A DNA stretch of 58,963 nt, filler included. It is 7 parts of 7 records of this genome, joined end to end, with 100 filler letters (N's around TTAATTAATTAA, not from the genome) between each part and the next. Parts side by side here need not be neighbours in the genome. Positions count along the whole stretch, not along the records: positions 23,380 to 39,224 come from SRR31156797_21225; positions 39,325 to 45,140 come from SRR31156797_21233; 5 more parts are not named here. One strand, written 5' to 3'. Position 1 is the stretch's first letter; every line of letters begins with the position of its first letter. Positions 28,571-41,126 of the stretch are shown here, piece after piece. The translations under genes were made by a program, and so were the position numbers. A model generated the notes under the pieces. That model was not told the origin of the DNA and did no database searches. It saw nothing but the letters and a program-made list of their open reading frames with translations.

Positions 28571-31500
28571 TATGCTATAAGCTCCTCTTCTATGGTTGTT
28601 TCTTCTTCTATATTATTACTTGATTCTACAAACTGCTCTGTATTATCCACCTTTGCTCCTTGATCGTATGCCAGCTGTTCATTGATAATGATCGCTTGTT
28701 TGTTAAGTGTCATATCTTTATCTTCCTCAGGCTCTATCTCTTCTACCGCTTCAATAACTGGGATAATCTCTATCTCTTCTGGTTCCACTTCTTCTACCGT
28801 TGTAGATATCTCTTCATTTTCTAGTGTAGTATCACTTATTTGCTCTTCTTGATCAAGTTGCTCTAAATCCTCACTTTCAATAGCTTCAGTTTGTTCTTGG
28901 GTAGTATCACTTAACTCTTCTACTTCAAGGATCTCTTCCTCTTGTTGCGTAGCTTCAGAGTCCTCTTTTTCAAGAACCTCATGTGAAGTTTCTGTTGTGC
29001 TATTTGTTTCTTCTTCATATTGATCTAAGACCTCTAAGAGTGTTTGATCTGCTTCCCATTCCTCTTCTTGGTTTTCAAAAGCTTCTGTATCATACTCAAA
29101 AAGCTCCTCTTGTAGAGTCTCTTCACTTGATAAAAGATCTATAGTATCAATTGTTTGTATCTCTATCTCTTCTAGTGCAATCTCCTCAGATATTTGCTCT
29201 ATCTGTGCTTCCTCACTTAATTGATTTTCTTCTTCAGTTAAAATCTCCCCTTGATCTATTGTATCTTCAGTAGATAGCTCATCATCTATCTCCTCATATT
29301 CAAGTGCAGTATCATAAACACCCACTTCACTTTCATCATTGCCACTTGCTCCACTAACTCCATAAACAATAGCATTTCCACCAGCTACACTTTGTAAAGA
29401 ACTAGTAGTATTAAGATCAATTTGTGTAATACCAGCATCACTTAGTGAGACAAATTCTCCATCATCGGTAATACCATTTTGATTGGTATCTTGCCAGATT
29501 CCAAACTTTGACCACTCTTGATCATTAGCATCTAAGATATTATCCCCATTGGTATCAAAATATTTTAACCCTTCCATATCAGTAATGATCCCATTTTGAT
29601 CCCTATCAAAATCACTTTGATCCACTACTCCATCGCTATTAAAGTCTTTTGTAGTATCTTGTTCAGCTTCAGCCTTATCATACCAAGTGGTAAAAACGAG
29701 TTCTTCTGTTTGATCTACCTCTTCATTTCTATTTTGATCATATACTAAAAACCCATCTTCAGGATTGATCCAAGCATTCAGTTTTTCTGCTTCCCCATCT
29801 GAGTCTATATCAAAAAGAATATTTTCATCTTCGCTATTATGGAGAACTTGGGTATCATTGTTTATATCTAATGCTATGGGATCTATATAATATGCAATTT
29901 CTCTATCATAATCGAAGCCCCAATAATAAGTTTCTCCATCTACAACAATTTCTAATCTATCAAAATCTGCATATTTTTTATATATATCATCATTAAACTT
30001 ATCCATATATTCTCGTCCATGATAAGTACCTTCAAACTTTGCATAGTTCCATCCATTTTCACTATAATTTGTTCTTCCTTCTGATAATGTTCCATTTCCA
30101 AATTCTGTCGTAATGCTACTTACATTAATATCTTCTGCCTTTGTATCAATATCCTTTACTGTAAAATATATATTATCAACAGAGTTTCCTGATCCCCCTT
30201 GTGTATAACCATAATACCTAGAATCCCCTAATGGTGTCGCAGGTTCAGCTGCATCATCTACAGCATTGATAGTTACATATTCAGTATACCACTGTGTAGT
30301 GATTTGTCCATCTGTTACCCTATATTGAAATCCCACATCACTAGCAGCCCTTACACCAAAATCATAAGCACCGCCTGTAGTATTTATATTATCTTCACCT
30401 CTAAATAAGATATTGTCCCCAGAGATTGCAACTTCTAAGTTTGATGGATCTATCGATTGCACTTCTAAATTTAATTGTTCAACATCAAAATCATAAAACT
30501 GACCAAGAAGAGAATCTACACTCTTAATTCCAATAGTATCTTCATCTACAATAAAAGATTCATTATGTGATAATACTTTTAGAGGAGCATTATTAGTCCC
30601 ATCAAGACATATAGTATAATCTTCTAATTGAAGCCTTTCAATATTTGTAAATGTTATTTGATCTTTATTAGTCATAAACTCAAAAGTATCAGAAGGGTTA
30701 TCAGCCTCTATTTGCCTACCTAAATCAAAGCCTTCTGGTGTATCTCCATATATATCAAAAACATCTCGAATTGTCATCCCATATAATTCAAGGGTATCTG
30801 TTCCATTTTTCCCATCAAAATAGTCATTACCTCCATTTTTATAGATAAAAGTATCTCCGTTATAACTTCCATAAAAGCTATCAGTATATCTAGAGTCTAT
30901 AAACTCATCGATATTATGAATCTCAACTGAGTCACTACTTGTTGAAAAGTTTATAGCACTTGTATAAATAAAAGCACTTAGACCTTGATCAACACTACTA
31001 AAATCAAGAGTATTTCTTCCAGCACCAGCATCTATGTATGCCATACTTTGATCATACTGTAAAACATCATTATATGAGCCTAATTTAATGTATTCTACAT
31101 TATCAATATTATCAATATTTTGAGTCACTCCAGTGCTATTTGTCTCTAATATAAGACGATCATAACCAGCCCCTCCATCAATACTTAAGCTTTGGCTTAA
31201 ATCTTGATGATCAACATAAATAGTATCATCTCCTGCACCCATTGAGTAACTATCTGCCCCACTATTTCCATAGACTTCATCATTTCCATCTGAACCAATG
31301 ATCATTTCATTACCATCACCACCATGAACCTCTTCTATATCTGTAGCATCCATATCAAAGGTATAAGAGTTGCCACTAGAGGTTGAGAGGTACGCTTTAT
31401 CATAACCATCCCCTCCACTAATATTGTATATGATATTATTTGATTGAAAATCATCAGCATCTATGATCAGCGTATCATTACCACTCTCACCATCTAATTT

Positions 31501-34500
31501 ATCAGTTCCACTTCCTCCATCTAAATAATCATCCCCACTTCCACCAAGGAGATAATCACTCCCACTTTCCCCATAAAGCTTATCATTTCCACTTCCGCCA
31601 TATAGTTTATCATTTCCACTTCCTCCTGTTAAAAGATCATTTCCACTTCCTGAACTTAAATAATCATTTCCATCTTCTCCATGTAAACTATCATCACTAC
31701 TTTCATAATCTATATGAAAGTTTTTTTCAAAAGAGAGAGTATTATTACTAGTATCAGTAGAGGTGATGCTTAGATTCATATCACTTCTAAAAGGATAGAG
31801 TATCTCTATATTTTGAGTATTGACAGGATTGTTTATACTACAAGTTCCATTTGTGATAGAAAGCGTGGTTCCATTACTGAGTATCTGTGCTCCATTTGGA
31901 AGACCTTCGATAGTAACATTTTTCGTAGTATTTGAGCTATTTAAAGTAAAGCTAGATTGCACATATCCATCTGACATATCTGTATAGATAGAGTCATTTC
32001 CCCCTCTTGCATATACTGTATCTTTTCCTGCCCCTGTGATGATCGTTTGCGCACTATTATTTCCAGTGATAGTATCATTACCACTCATCATACCAACGGT
32101 AGAAAACTCTTCCATTAAAGGTCTTACATCAAGATCAATATCAAGTGAGATCTCCTTGGTATTATTATTTTTAAGCTCCTTTGAAATAGCTGTGATCTCT
32201 ATAGGAGTAGTTATAGTATTATTTAAAAGACTTGAAGAGTTATCTGTGATCTGAAGCCCATCTAGCTCCTCTTTTGAAAGATGCCAGATATTACTACTAT
32301 CTTTATATCCACTACTTAAAGAGGTCGTTGAGGGGAGGTTTTTGATAAGTATCTCTAAGGTTTCACTGCCATCTATATCATTAAGTACACTATCTATTGT
32401 AAATGGGATCGATGAGTTTTGTAAAAGCAGAAGATTATGTGAGCCTAGATCTGGTGTATCTGCTCTAGAATCTACTGTCACCTCAATAGTTTTTCGTACA
32501 CTATTGATCATCTCACTCTCTCTATCTTGAGTGATAAGCTCCACATCAAGGGTAAAATCCTCATCACTATCATTTGGTGGAGTGATAGTAAGATTTGTGA
32601 TATTTCCATACCCCTCTACCTTATAAGCACCCTTGTCATTATCATACACTCCATTTGAAAGAGTTGCACCATTTGGCAGATTATAGATAAAAAGCTCTAT
32701 GGTCTCACTCCCATCAGTATCAGGGATATCAAAGTCTAGATCAAATGAAGCCCTAGTATCTTCTACAAGATCAAGAGTATCTGCATCGATAGCGACTACA
32801 TCTGTCACCCCTTTGATATCCACTTCAATACTCTCAAAAATAGAATTGGTAATATGACTCTCCCTATCTTTGGAAACTATCTCCACAGTGAGAGTAAACT
32901 CCTCATCACTTTGTGGTGCAGGGATCAGTTGAAGTCCAAGGAGATCCTCCTCTTCTACTCTCCACTTTCCATCGACTCCTAAAGCCCCTTTTGAAAAAGT
33001 GGTCCCTTGTGGAAATTGATCCAAAAGTACATAAAGCTGTTCACTTCCATCAGTGTCTGTTAGACTAGGATCAATATTGATAGCTACTGCTATATCCTCA
33101 TCACTAGAAAGTGTTTCATCTATACTATTTATGATTGGAGTATCTGCTACCCCTTGGAGATTTACATACAGAGGTTGAATAGTTGAACTTGGGGTATCAC
33201 TCTCTCTATCTTGGGCAAACGATTCGATTTGTAAAGTAAAATCCTCATCACTATTATATGGTGGGGTGATACTAAGATGATCCAACTCATCAAGTTCCAC
33301 TCTATAAGATCCATCTTCTTGAAGAACCCCATGGGAAAGCACTGCACCATTTGGTACATCATGGATAAGCAGATATAAAAGCTCCTCACTTCCATCTGTA
33401 TCACTTAAAGCTGTTTGTATTTCAAGGGCTACTGAGGTATCCTCATCGGTAGTGCTATCCGTAGTTTGTAGTATAGGAGCATCTGAAACCCCTTGGACTA
33501 TCACCTCTATACTCTTAGTATCACTAGTGATACTATCACTCTCCCTATCTTGTGCAAAGATCTCTGCTCGTATGGTAAAATCCTCATCACTATTTGGAGG
33601 TGGAGTGATGCTTAGGTTTTGAATCGTTTCATACCCCTCTATCTTATACGCACTTTTTTCATTATCATACACTCCAGCTGAAAGAGTCGCTCCTAGAGGA
33701 AGATCATAGATATAAAGAGTTACATTTTCACTTCCATCTACATCTTCACTAACAATACCTATATCAAAAGATGCTCTAAGGTCTTCAGATAGACTCAGGG
33801 TGTCTTTTTGGATAGAGATATCATCAGTGACCCCTTTTATATCTACTTCTATAGTATCAAAAGTAGAACTTGGAAGATTGCTCTCCCTATCAAGAGCCAC
33901 TGCTTCAACCTTTAGGGTAAACTCCTCATCACTATTTGGAGCTGGAGTTAAAAGAAGTCCTTCTATCTCATCTGCCTCTACTCTCCATGTTCCATCATCT
34001 TGTAAACTTCCTTTTGAAAAAGTCGTCCCTTGTGGAAAATCATCAAAAAGGATATATAAACTCTCACTCCCATCAATATCACTAAGCTGTGGATCTACTA
34101 CTATCTCAATAGCCCTATCTTCATCACTTTGAAGCGTTTGGGTAATGATATCAAGAGTTGGGGTATCACTCACCCCTTGGAGAGTTACAAAAAGAGGTTT
34201 TAGGGTTGAATTGATCGTTTCACTCTCTTTCTCTTTTGAAAAAAGCTCCACTTGTAAAGTAAAGTCCACATCACTATCTTTAGGAGGTGTTAGACGAAGA
34301 TTTTGAAGCTCTTCAATACTCAGGGTATAAGAACCATCAAGATTGAGTGTACCTTGAGATAAAACGGCACCTTGTGGGATATCAAAGATCTGAAGATATA
34401 AAAGCTCCTCACTCCCATCTGTATCAAATAAAGAGGTCTCTATCTCTAAAGCAACCTCTATATCCTCATCTGTTATAGTATGTTTAGGAGTTAAAATAGG

Positions 34501-37500
34501 GGCATCACTTATTGGATTTAGAGTGATATCGATAGTATCGAAAGTGGATTGGCTAAGGGTACTTTCACTATCTTGTGCAATGATCTCAACTCTTAAGCTA
34601 AAATCCACATCACTATTAAGAGGTGGGATCAAAGAGAGATCTGCTATATCATCATATTCTACCCTCCATTGATTTGTACCACTATCATACACTCCTCTAC
34701 TTAAAGCTCCACCCTCAGGCATATCATGGATCAAGATATACACATATTCACTTCCATCTGTATCTACAAGCTTAGGATTGATCACAAGAGGTACTTTGAT
34801 ATCTTCATCTGTGGTGCTATCTTCTACTTCTATATTTGGAATATCAGTGACACCTGTAATATTCACTTCGATAGTATCAAAGATTGAGCTTGGGATATCA
34901 CTCTCCCTATCAAGTGCTACTACTTCTACTTTTAAAGTAAACTCCTCATCACTATTTGGAGCTGGATATAAAAGGAGATTTTCAAGAAGACTAGCATCTA
35001 CTCTCCAAGTCCCATCCTCTTGTAAACTCCCTTGGGAAAAAGTGGTATCTTGTGGAAAATCATGAAATAAGATATATAACTGTTCACTTCCATCTGTATC
35101 ACTTAAAAGGGGATCAATAGTAAGAGATACAGAGATATCTTCTTGGGTTGCTACATCTTTTTGGATACTATTGATACTTGGGGTATCACTTACTCCTTGT
35201 AAAGTCACATGAAGTGGTTTTATTGTAGAGCTTGTTGTATCACTCTCCCTATCTAAGGTCACCGCTTCAATATTTAAAGTAAAATCCTCATCACTATTAA
35301 GAGGAGGTGTGAGTAAAAGCTCATCAAGTTGCTCAATCTCCAAACGATAGGAGCCATCATCTTGTAAGATCCCATGAGAAAAGCTCGCTCCAAATGGGAG
35401 ATCATGGAGAAGAAGATAGATATCTTCACTCCCATCATCATCTTTTAAAGTGGGTCTTATATCTAAAGAGATAGGGGTATCTTCATCTGCTTTTGTATCA
35501 CTCACAATTAAAGCAGGAGCATCAGCCATACCATATACTGTGATATCCATAGTGGTTGTAAAACTAGTGCTATCTCCATTTTTCGCTTCACTGTTAATAG
35601 CTTCAATAGTAAGGGTAAAATCCTCATCACTATCCATTGCTGGGATAAGTGTAAGATCTTGAAGATCTTCTTGTGTTAAGGTCCAGATATTTGATAGGGC
35701 ATCATACTCCCCATTGGATAAGCTGATCCCTAAAGGGGCATCTTTTATCAAAATAGTAAGGGTTTCACTTCCATCTATATCATTGAGTGTTTCTTGTATT
35801 ATTAGCGGTATCTGGGTATCTTCTAAACCTTCTGCATCTTGTACAATCAACTCAAATGGATCTATCACACTATTGATAGAGACTTCTAAAGTACTAAAAG
35901 TAGAGATACTACTTTGAGAGTTACTCTCTTGTGCCACTGCTTCGATACGTAAGGTAAAGTCTTCATCACTATTTGAAGGTGGGGTGATAAGAAGATTTTC
36001 TATCTCTTCATAGGATATTTTCCAGCTTCCATCACTTTGTTTACTTCCTTGATTAAAAAAAGCTCCATCTGGTAGATCATGGACCAATAAGTAGAGATAC
36101 TCACTTCCATCTGTATCACTCAAAGAGGCTTCTATATCAAGCTTTATGGCACTATCCTCATCTGTAGTGGTATCTTGTGTAGTTATAGTTGGAGTATCTG
36201 CTATAGCATTGATGCTAAGGGTAATGGTATCAGATACTATACTCTCTTCTATACTCTCAGCATCTTTTACGATCATCTCAACTCTAAGAGTAAAACTCTC
36301 ATCACTATTTTGAGCTGGTGTTACACTAAGAGTTAAGATATCTTGGGCTTCTACTCTCCATCCCCCTTTGATAGGGTCATACTCCCCATGGGAGAGTGAA
36401 GCACCCTCTTGTAGGTCATAGATATAATATATGGCACTTTCACTTCCATCTGTATCAAAAAGGGTTGGAGTGATATTAAGTAAGATCTCTATATCTTCAT
36501 CTGTAGTACTATCTTCTACTACAAGTTCAGGAGTATCACTCACCCCTTGGACTTCAATAAAAAGGGGCTGTATGGTTGAACTTGTACTACCACTATTGAT
36601 ATCAGTAGAGACTGCTTCTATATTGAGAGTAAAATCCTCATCACTATTTGGAGGTGGGGTGATAGTAAGCCCTGCTAGGTCATTTAGAGTCAATAGGTAG
36701 CTATTATCCTCTTGTAAGATACCAGCTGATAAGAGCGCTCCTTCAGGGATATCATGGATCAAGATATGAAGGGTTTCACTCCCATCTGTATCACTTAAGG
36801 TGGGCTCTATACTAAGAGGTATCTGTGTATCTTCTTGGGTAAAGGTATCATTGAGTATTAAAAGTGGAGTATCTGCTTCCCCATAGACTGTCACATCTAA
36901 GGTGGTACTAAAAAGGGTGGTGTCCCCATTTTTTTGCTCTCTTGTAATAGCTTCTATGGTGATAGTAAAATCTTCATCACTATTAGTTGCTGGGGTGATG
37001 GTAAGATCATCTAGATCATCAGGGGTTAAGATCCAAGTATTTGTTGTACTCTCATAGACTCCATTATTTAAAGTGGCTCCTAAAGGGAGATCTTTTATGA
37101 AGATGTTAAGATCTTCACTTCCATCGGTATCACTTATCTGCTCTTGGATAAAAAGAGCGATAGAGTGATCCTCTAAGCCACTTGCATCAGCTGTTTGGAA
37201 GCTCACCATATCAGCTACACTATTAAGGCTTACTTCTAAAGTGCTAAAGATAGAGCTTGTTTGACCTGAGCGGCTCTCTTTAGAGACTGCTTCTATACTA
37301 AGAGTAAAGTTTTCATCACTATTAAGAGGAGGTGTGATATAAAGGGTATTGATATCTTTTTGTTCTATCTTCCAGCTTCCATCACTTTGTTTTGTTCCAT
37401 GATTAAAAACCGCTCCATCTGGTACATCATGGATAAGAAGATATAAGCTTTCACTTCCATCAGTATCATTTAAAGCGGCATCTATATCTAAAGCGATTGC

Positions 37501-39224
37501 TCTATCTTCATATGTAGAGGCTGAGCGTACTTGAAGTGTAGGAGCTAGGGCTATGGTATCTATATCTTCATCTACACTTTTAGACTCTATGAGTGTTTGT
37601 TGGGTTTGGGTATCTGTGAGTATGGTATCAACACTAAAGCTTGTATCTGCTGTATATTCTTCATCTATGATCATAGTAAGGTTTGTAGTATCTTCTACTA
37701 GCCATACTCCATCATACTGCTCAGTGGCTCCTACAAAGCTTATTCCTGTAGCTGAAGTATAGATGATATGATCTATTGAGGTGGTATTTGGATCATTTGG
37801 GTTAGTGGTGGTGAGTTCTATTTTTATTTGGGTAGAGTCTATTGCTTTAGTAGAGATGGTAGTGCTTGTTTCTTGGAGTGGGAGGGTTTGTTTTTGTACA
37901 AGGGCTTCATTGGTAATCTCTTCTTGTGTAGTTTCCACTAGGGTATCATCTTCTTTATATTTATAGATCATCTTTTCATAATCTGTGAGGTTTGTTTGTG
38001 TTTGTGGATCTGTGGTAAGATAAGAGAGAAGATCATCATCACTAGCTTCTATGGTGTTTGGGGCTACTGTTGCTCCATACATCACAGCTGTTGCTACTGC
38101 TGCTGCTAGATTATTGGCTTCACCACTTCCATAGTTTTGATTTGTAAAGGTGGTATCTCTATAGCTTGATAAACGAAGGGTTTCATTATAGTAGGTATGA
38201 TCTATATTAGAAAAAGGGATCCTTTTTAGGCTATTATTCTCTTTTTGGTATTTTTTATTTCCAAACTGTAGAGTATCTACATCTTTTAGAACATCTTTAT
38301 TTCCATTTTTATCTTCTACGATGATATAATTATTTTGATGGATACTTATTGTATACTCTGAGATATCTTGTGCATAGATAGCAGTATCCTCTCCACTTCC
38401 TCCATAAAAAAGATCTGAGCCATCTCCTGCTTTAAAAGTGGTATCACCACTTTTAGAGATCACGGTATCATCTCCACTCTCCCCTTGGATATAACTGCTT
38501 CCATCTTGGGTGATGGCTAGGTCATCTCCACTTCCTAGGTTTGCGTTATTATCTCCCTCTTTTAGGTGAACTTTATCATCTCCATCTGCTGTAGTAAAGC
38601 TATTATCTTGATCTGCGATAATCGTATCATCATATTGAGTAGTGGTGATATTTTCTATATTTTTAATAGTATGCTGGGAGCTTTGATCTTCGGTGTTTGT
38701 AAACACTGTTCCACTTTGAAGATCTATATTTACTCCACTCTCAATATTTGAGAGATCTAGGGTATCTCTCCCCTCACCTCCATCTATAGTGTTTTCTCCA
38801 CCTAAGAGGGTAATAGTATCATCTCCCTCTCCTGTATCGATAGTGTTTTTTCCTCCATATATCTCTACACTATCATCCCCTTGTGCTGTAGATATATTTG
38901 AATTCCCACTATTGATTGTGACTTGATCTTTTCCTAAGCCTGTATCGATAGTGTTTTCTCCATCATTGATAGTAACTATATCATTTCCACTTTTAGTAGA
39001 AATACTTATATCACTATTTATACTAAGGGTATCACTATGGTTTGTTGTATCTATATGTTCTATATTTGTTATGGTATGGGTAGTCGTTGATCCATTTTGT
39101 TCTTGATCTTCTATAGTATGTGAGAGTATGATCTCCTCTTGGGATATCTCTGCTGTGATTCCACTATCAAACTTACTATAATCAACCCTATCACTCCCTT
39201 CTCCTCCATCATATAGATCATCTC
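28570..39224 (-). CDS. Giant T1SS-secreted RTX/Ig-like repeat protein (probable adhesin), 5'-truncated, at least 3550 aa
   Basis: Manual translation shows the frame stays open from 38706 to the contig edge with more GGxGxD repeats. Contains 15 tandem ~113-aa repeats, an RTX nonapeptide block, an FrpC-like self-processing module and an acidic tail. Confidence 0.92.
29410..29883 (-). other. FrpC-like self-processing module (Asp-Pro at 29878-29883) within the giant protein
   Basis: DPIALDINND...FDIDSDG...WINPEDGFLVYDQN...FDTNGDNILDAND..W..FGIWQDTNQNG...GEFVSLSDAGITQIDL follows the FrpC SPM pattern motif by motif. Confidence 0.85.
31465..31690 (-). repeat. RTX Ca2+-binding nonapeptide repeats (GGxGxDxLx)
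   Basis: GEDGNDYLSSGSGNDLLTGGSGNDKLYGGSGNDKLYGESGSDYLLGGSGDDYLDGGSGTDKLDGESGNDTL. Confidence 0.92.
32460..37545 (-). repeat. 15 tandem ~339-bp (~113-aa) Ig/cadherin-like repeats
   Basis: Recurrent D(T/I)DGSE and PxxNSDEDFTL motifs counted 15 times, plus degenerate flanking units. Confidence 0.9.
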
Positions 39225-39324
39225 NNNNNNNNNNNNNNNNNNNNNNNNNNNNNNNNNNNNNNNNNNNNTTAATTAATTAANNNNNNNNNNNNNNNNNNNN
39301 NNNNNNNNNNNNNNNNNNNNNNNN
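39225..39324. other. Artificial contig linker
   Basis: N-run with TTAATTAATTAA. Confidence 0.99.
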
Positions 39325-39346
39325 GCAATTCATGAATTGCCCCTAC
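39325..39346. repeat. GTAG-family REP palindrome, truncated at the contig edge
   Basis: Minus strand reads GTAGGGGCAATTCATGAATTGC: GTAG tetranucleotide plus a perfect 16-bp palindrome. Confidence 0.75.
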
Positions 39347-39405
39347 CGTTCTTTATTTTCTATTTTACATTAATTATAAAGAGAACTCATTAAAGTTTTA
39401 AGTTT

Positions 39406-41097
39406 CTATACTTTTATAGCCATAACAGTTATATCGTCAGTCTGTCTTTGACCTTTTTTATGCTCATTTAATTCATTTAGTAATATTTTCTTTTGTTCTT
39501 CTAATGGTTTATCCTTAATTTGAATTAAATTCTGAGAGAAATTACTATAAGTTATTGATTTATTTTCAGTATTTAATTGATCTACATATCCGTCAGTAAA
39601 CATATATATATAATCAATTTCATATAAATTCAAATTATGAACTTCAAAATCTATTTTTCTTTTTTTACGCTTATCTCCTATTGATCTTCTGCTTCCTTTA
39701 ATTCTATTCAATTTACCGGATTTAGAGATATAGACTAATGAATTCCTTGCTCCGGCAAAAGTTAGCAAACTATCTTTTTTATTAATTTTACAGATACTTA
39801 AATCCATTCCTTCAGAATATTTTGAACCTTCATTTGTTTTTAAGATATCTTTAAATTCACTATCAATTTTTTCCAATATCTCATCTAATTCTGTTAAATT
39901 TTGTTCATGGATATATCTGTTCAGAAGCATATTTCCCATAGCTGCAAGCAGTGCACCAGGTACTCCATGACCCGTACAATCAACTGTTGCAATGAAAATA
40001 TCACTACTATTTTTGTGATACCAAAAAAAATCTCCGGAGACGATATTTAGCGGAAGATAAATTAGTGAAAACTCTTTGAAATTCTGAGCGATTTCACTTG
40101 TTTCCGGTAAAGTAGCACTTTGAATTCTTTGTGCATAATTAATGCTGTCAGTAAGATAGATATTTTTAATATTTAATTCTTCCGTTCTAAGTTTTACCTG
40201 TTCTTCCAATTCACTATTCCAGTCTAATAATTTTTTTTGCATAGTAGCAAATGAGATTATAATTATGGCAATTATAAAGAATACAAGTAAAAAAGAGATA
40301 GATAAAAACAGAATAATTGCTTGTTTGGTAATATCTAATAGTATGATCAAATTCAAACTATTTGTAAGATTATAATTTTTTAATTGAAAAATTTTATTTT
40401 TATATACAATCTTTTTAGTTTGACCAGAACTCAAATCAAATGGAATTAAATCTACTAACTCGTCATTATTACCAAATGTTTTTCCTATAATATTAGTATT
40501 TTCAACGAATAATACTTCAATCTCTTCATTATGCTTGAGTGTATTTGCAAAAGCATCATCTAGATGATATCCACTGCTTGCAAAACCAATAATCTTTTCT
40601 TTGTTATAAAGAGAAAAAATTGGAACTGAAGCAATTAATACTAATCCCTCTTCGGTGTTGGTGATTACCGGTTCAATTTGTTTTTTTAAATAAAAAGCAT
40701 TTTTTACATAAGTTTCATCACTTTCATCATTAAAAAATTCATCAGGTTTATGAATTTTGCTCAAAGAGAAACCATCTAAATCATGTATAACTCCAAAAGA
40801 GATATCCATGAGCTTAGAATATTCCAGCATTGACTCTTGGATAATAGATGTTTTAGTTTTAGTTGTTCCTTTTATTATTTGCGTATCTTTTGCAATTAAC
40901 TTTGAAAAAGTAAAAGTTCTGAGTTTTGTTTTTTCAAAGTGTGAAACGATATTATTACACTCTAACTCTATTCGCAGTTTAATTCCATTTTCCATCTGAC
41001 GATAGAATAAAAATAATATTAAAGATGCTAAAATTGAGAGAGCAATAATTATTTTATGTGCTAATTTATGAAGCTTTTTTCGGATTGGATTTTTCAT
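39406..41097 (-). CDS. Membrane-bound SpoIIE/PP2C-family phosphatase with extracytoplasmic (Cache-like) sensor region
   Basis: Two TM helices; VSGDFFW, VDCTGHGVPGA, GMD, FTDGYVDQ and DDIT motifs. Confidence 0.9.
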   Translation of the reverse strand: MKNPIRKKLHKLAHKIIIALSILASLILFLFYRQMENGIKLRIELECNNIVSHFEKTKLRTFTFSKLIAKDTQIIKGTTKTKTSIIQESMLEYSKLMDISFGVIHDLDGFSLSKIHKPDEFFNDESDETYVKNAFYLKKQIEPVITNTEEGLVLIASVPIFSLYNKEKIIGFASSGYHLDDAFANTLKHNEEIEVLFVENTNIIGKTFGNNDELVDLIPFDLSSGQTKKIVYKNKIFQLKNYNLTNSLNLIILLDITKQAIILFLSISFLLVFFIIAIIIISFATMQKKLLDWNSELEEQVKLRTEELNIKNIYLTDSINYAQRIQSATLPETSEIAQNFKEFSLIYLPLNIVSGDFFWYHKNSSDIFIATVDCTGHGVPGALLAAMGNMLLNRYIHEQNLTELDEILEKIDSEFKDILKTNEGSKYSEGMDLSICKINKKDSLLTFAGARNSLVYISKSGKLNRIKGSRRSIGDKRKKRKIDFEVHNLNLYEIDYIYMFTDGYVDQLNTENKSITYSNFSQNLIQIKDKPLEEQKKILLNELNEHKKGQRQTDDITVMAIKV

Positions 41098-41126
41098 ATA
41101 AAACTCCTAAATAGTTGGGTTTAAAA

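Noticed and set aside
31465-37545. CRISPR-like regularly spaced DNA repeats (for example TCATCACTAT, CACTTCCATC)
   Set aside because: They are in-frame protein-coding repeats of the RTX protein, degenerate at wobble positions; no cas genes are present.
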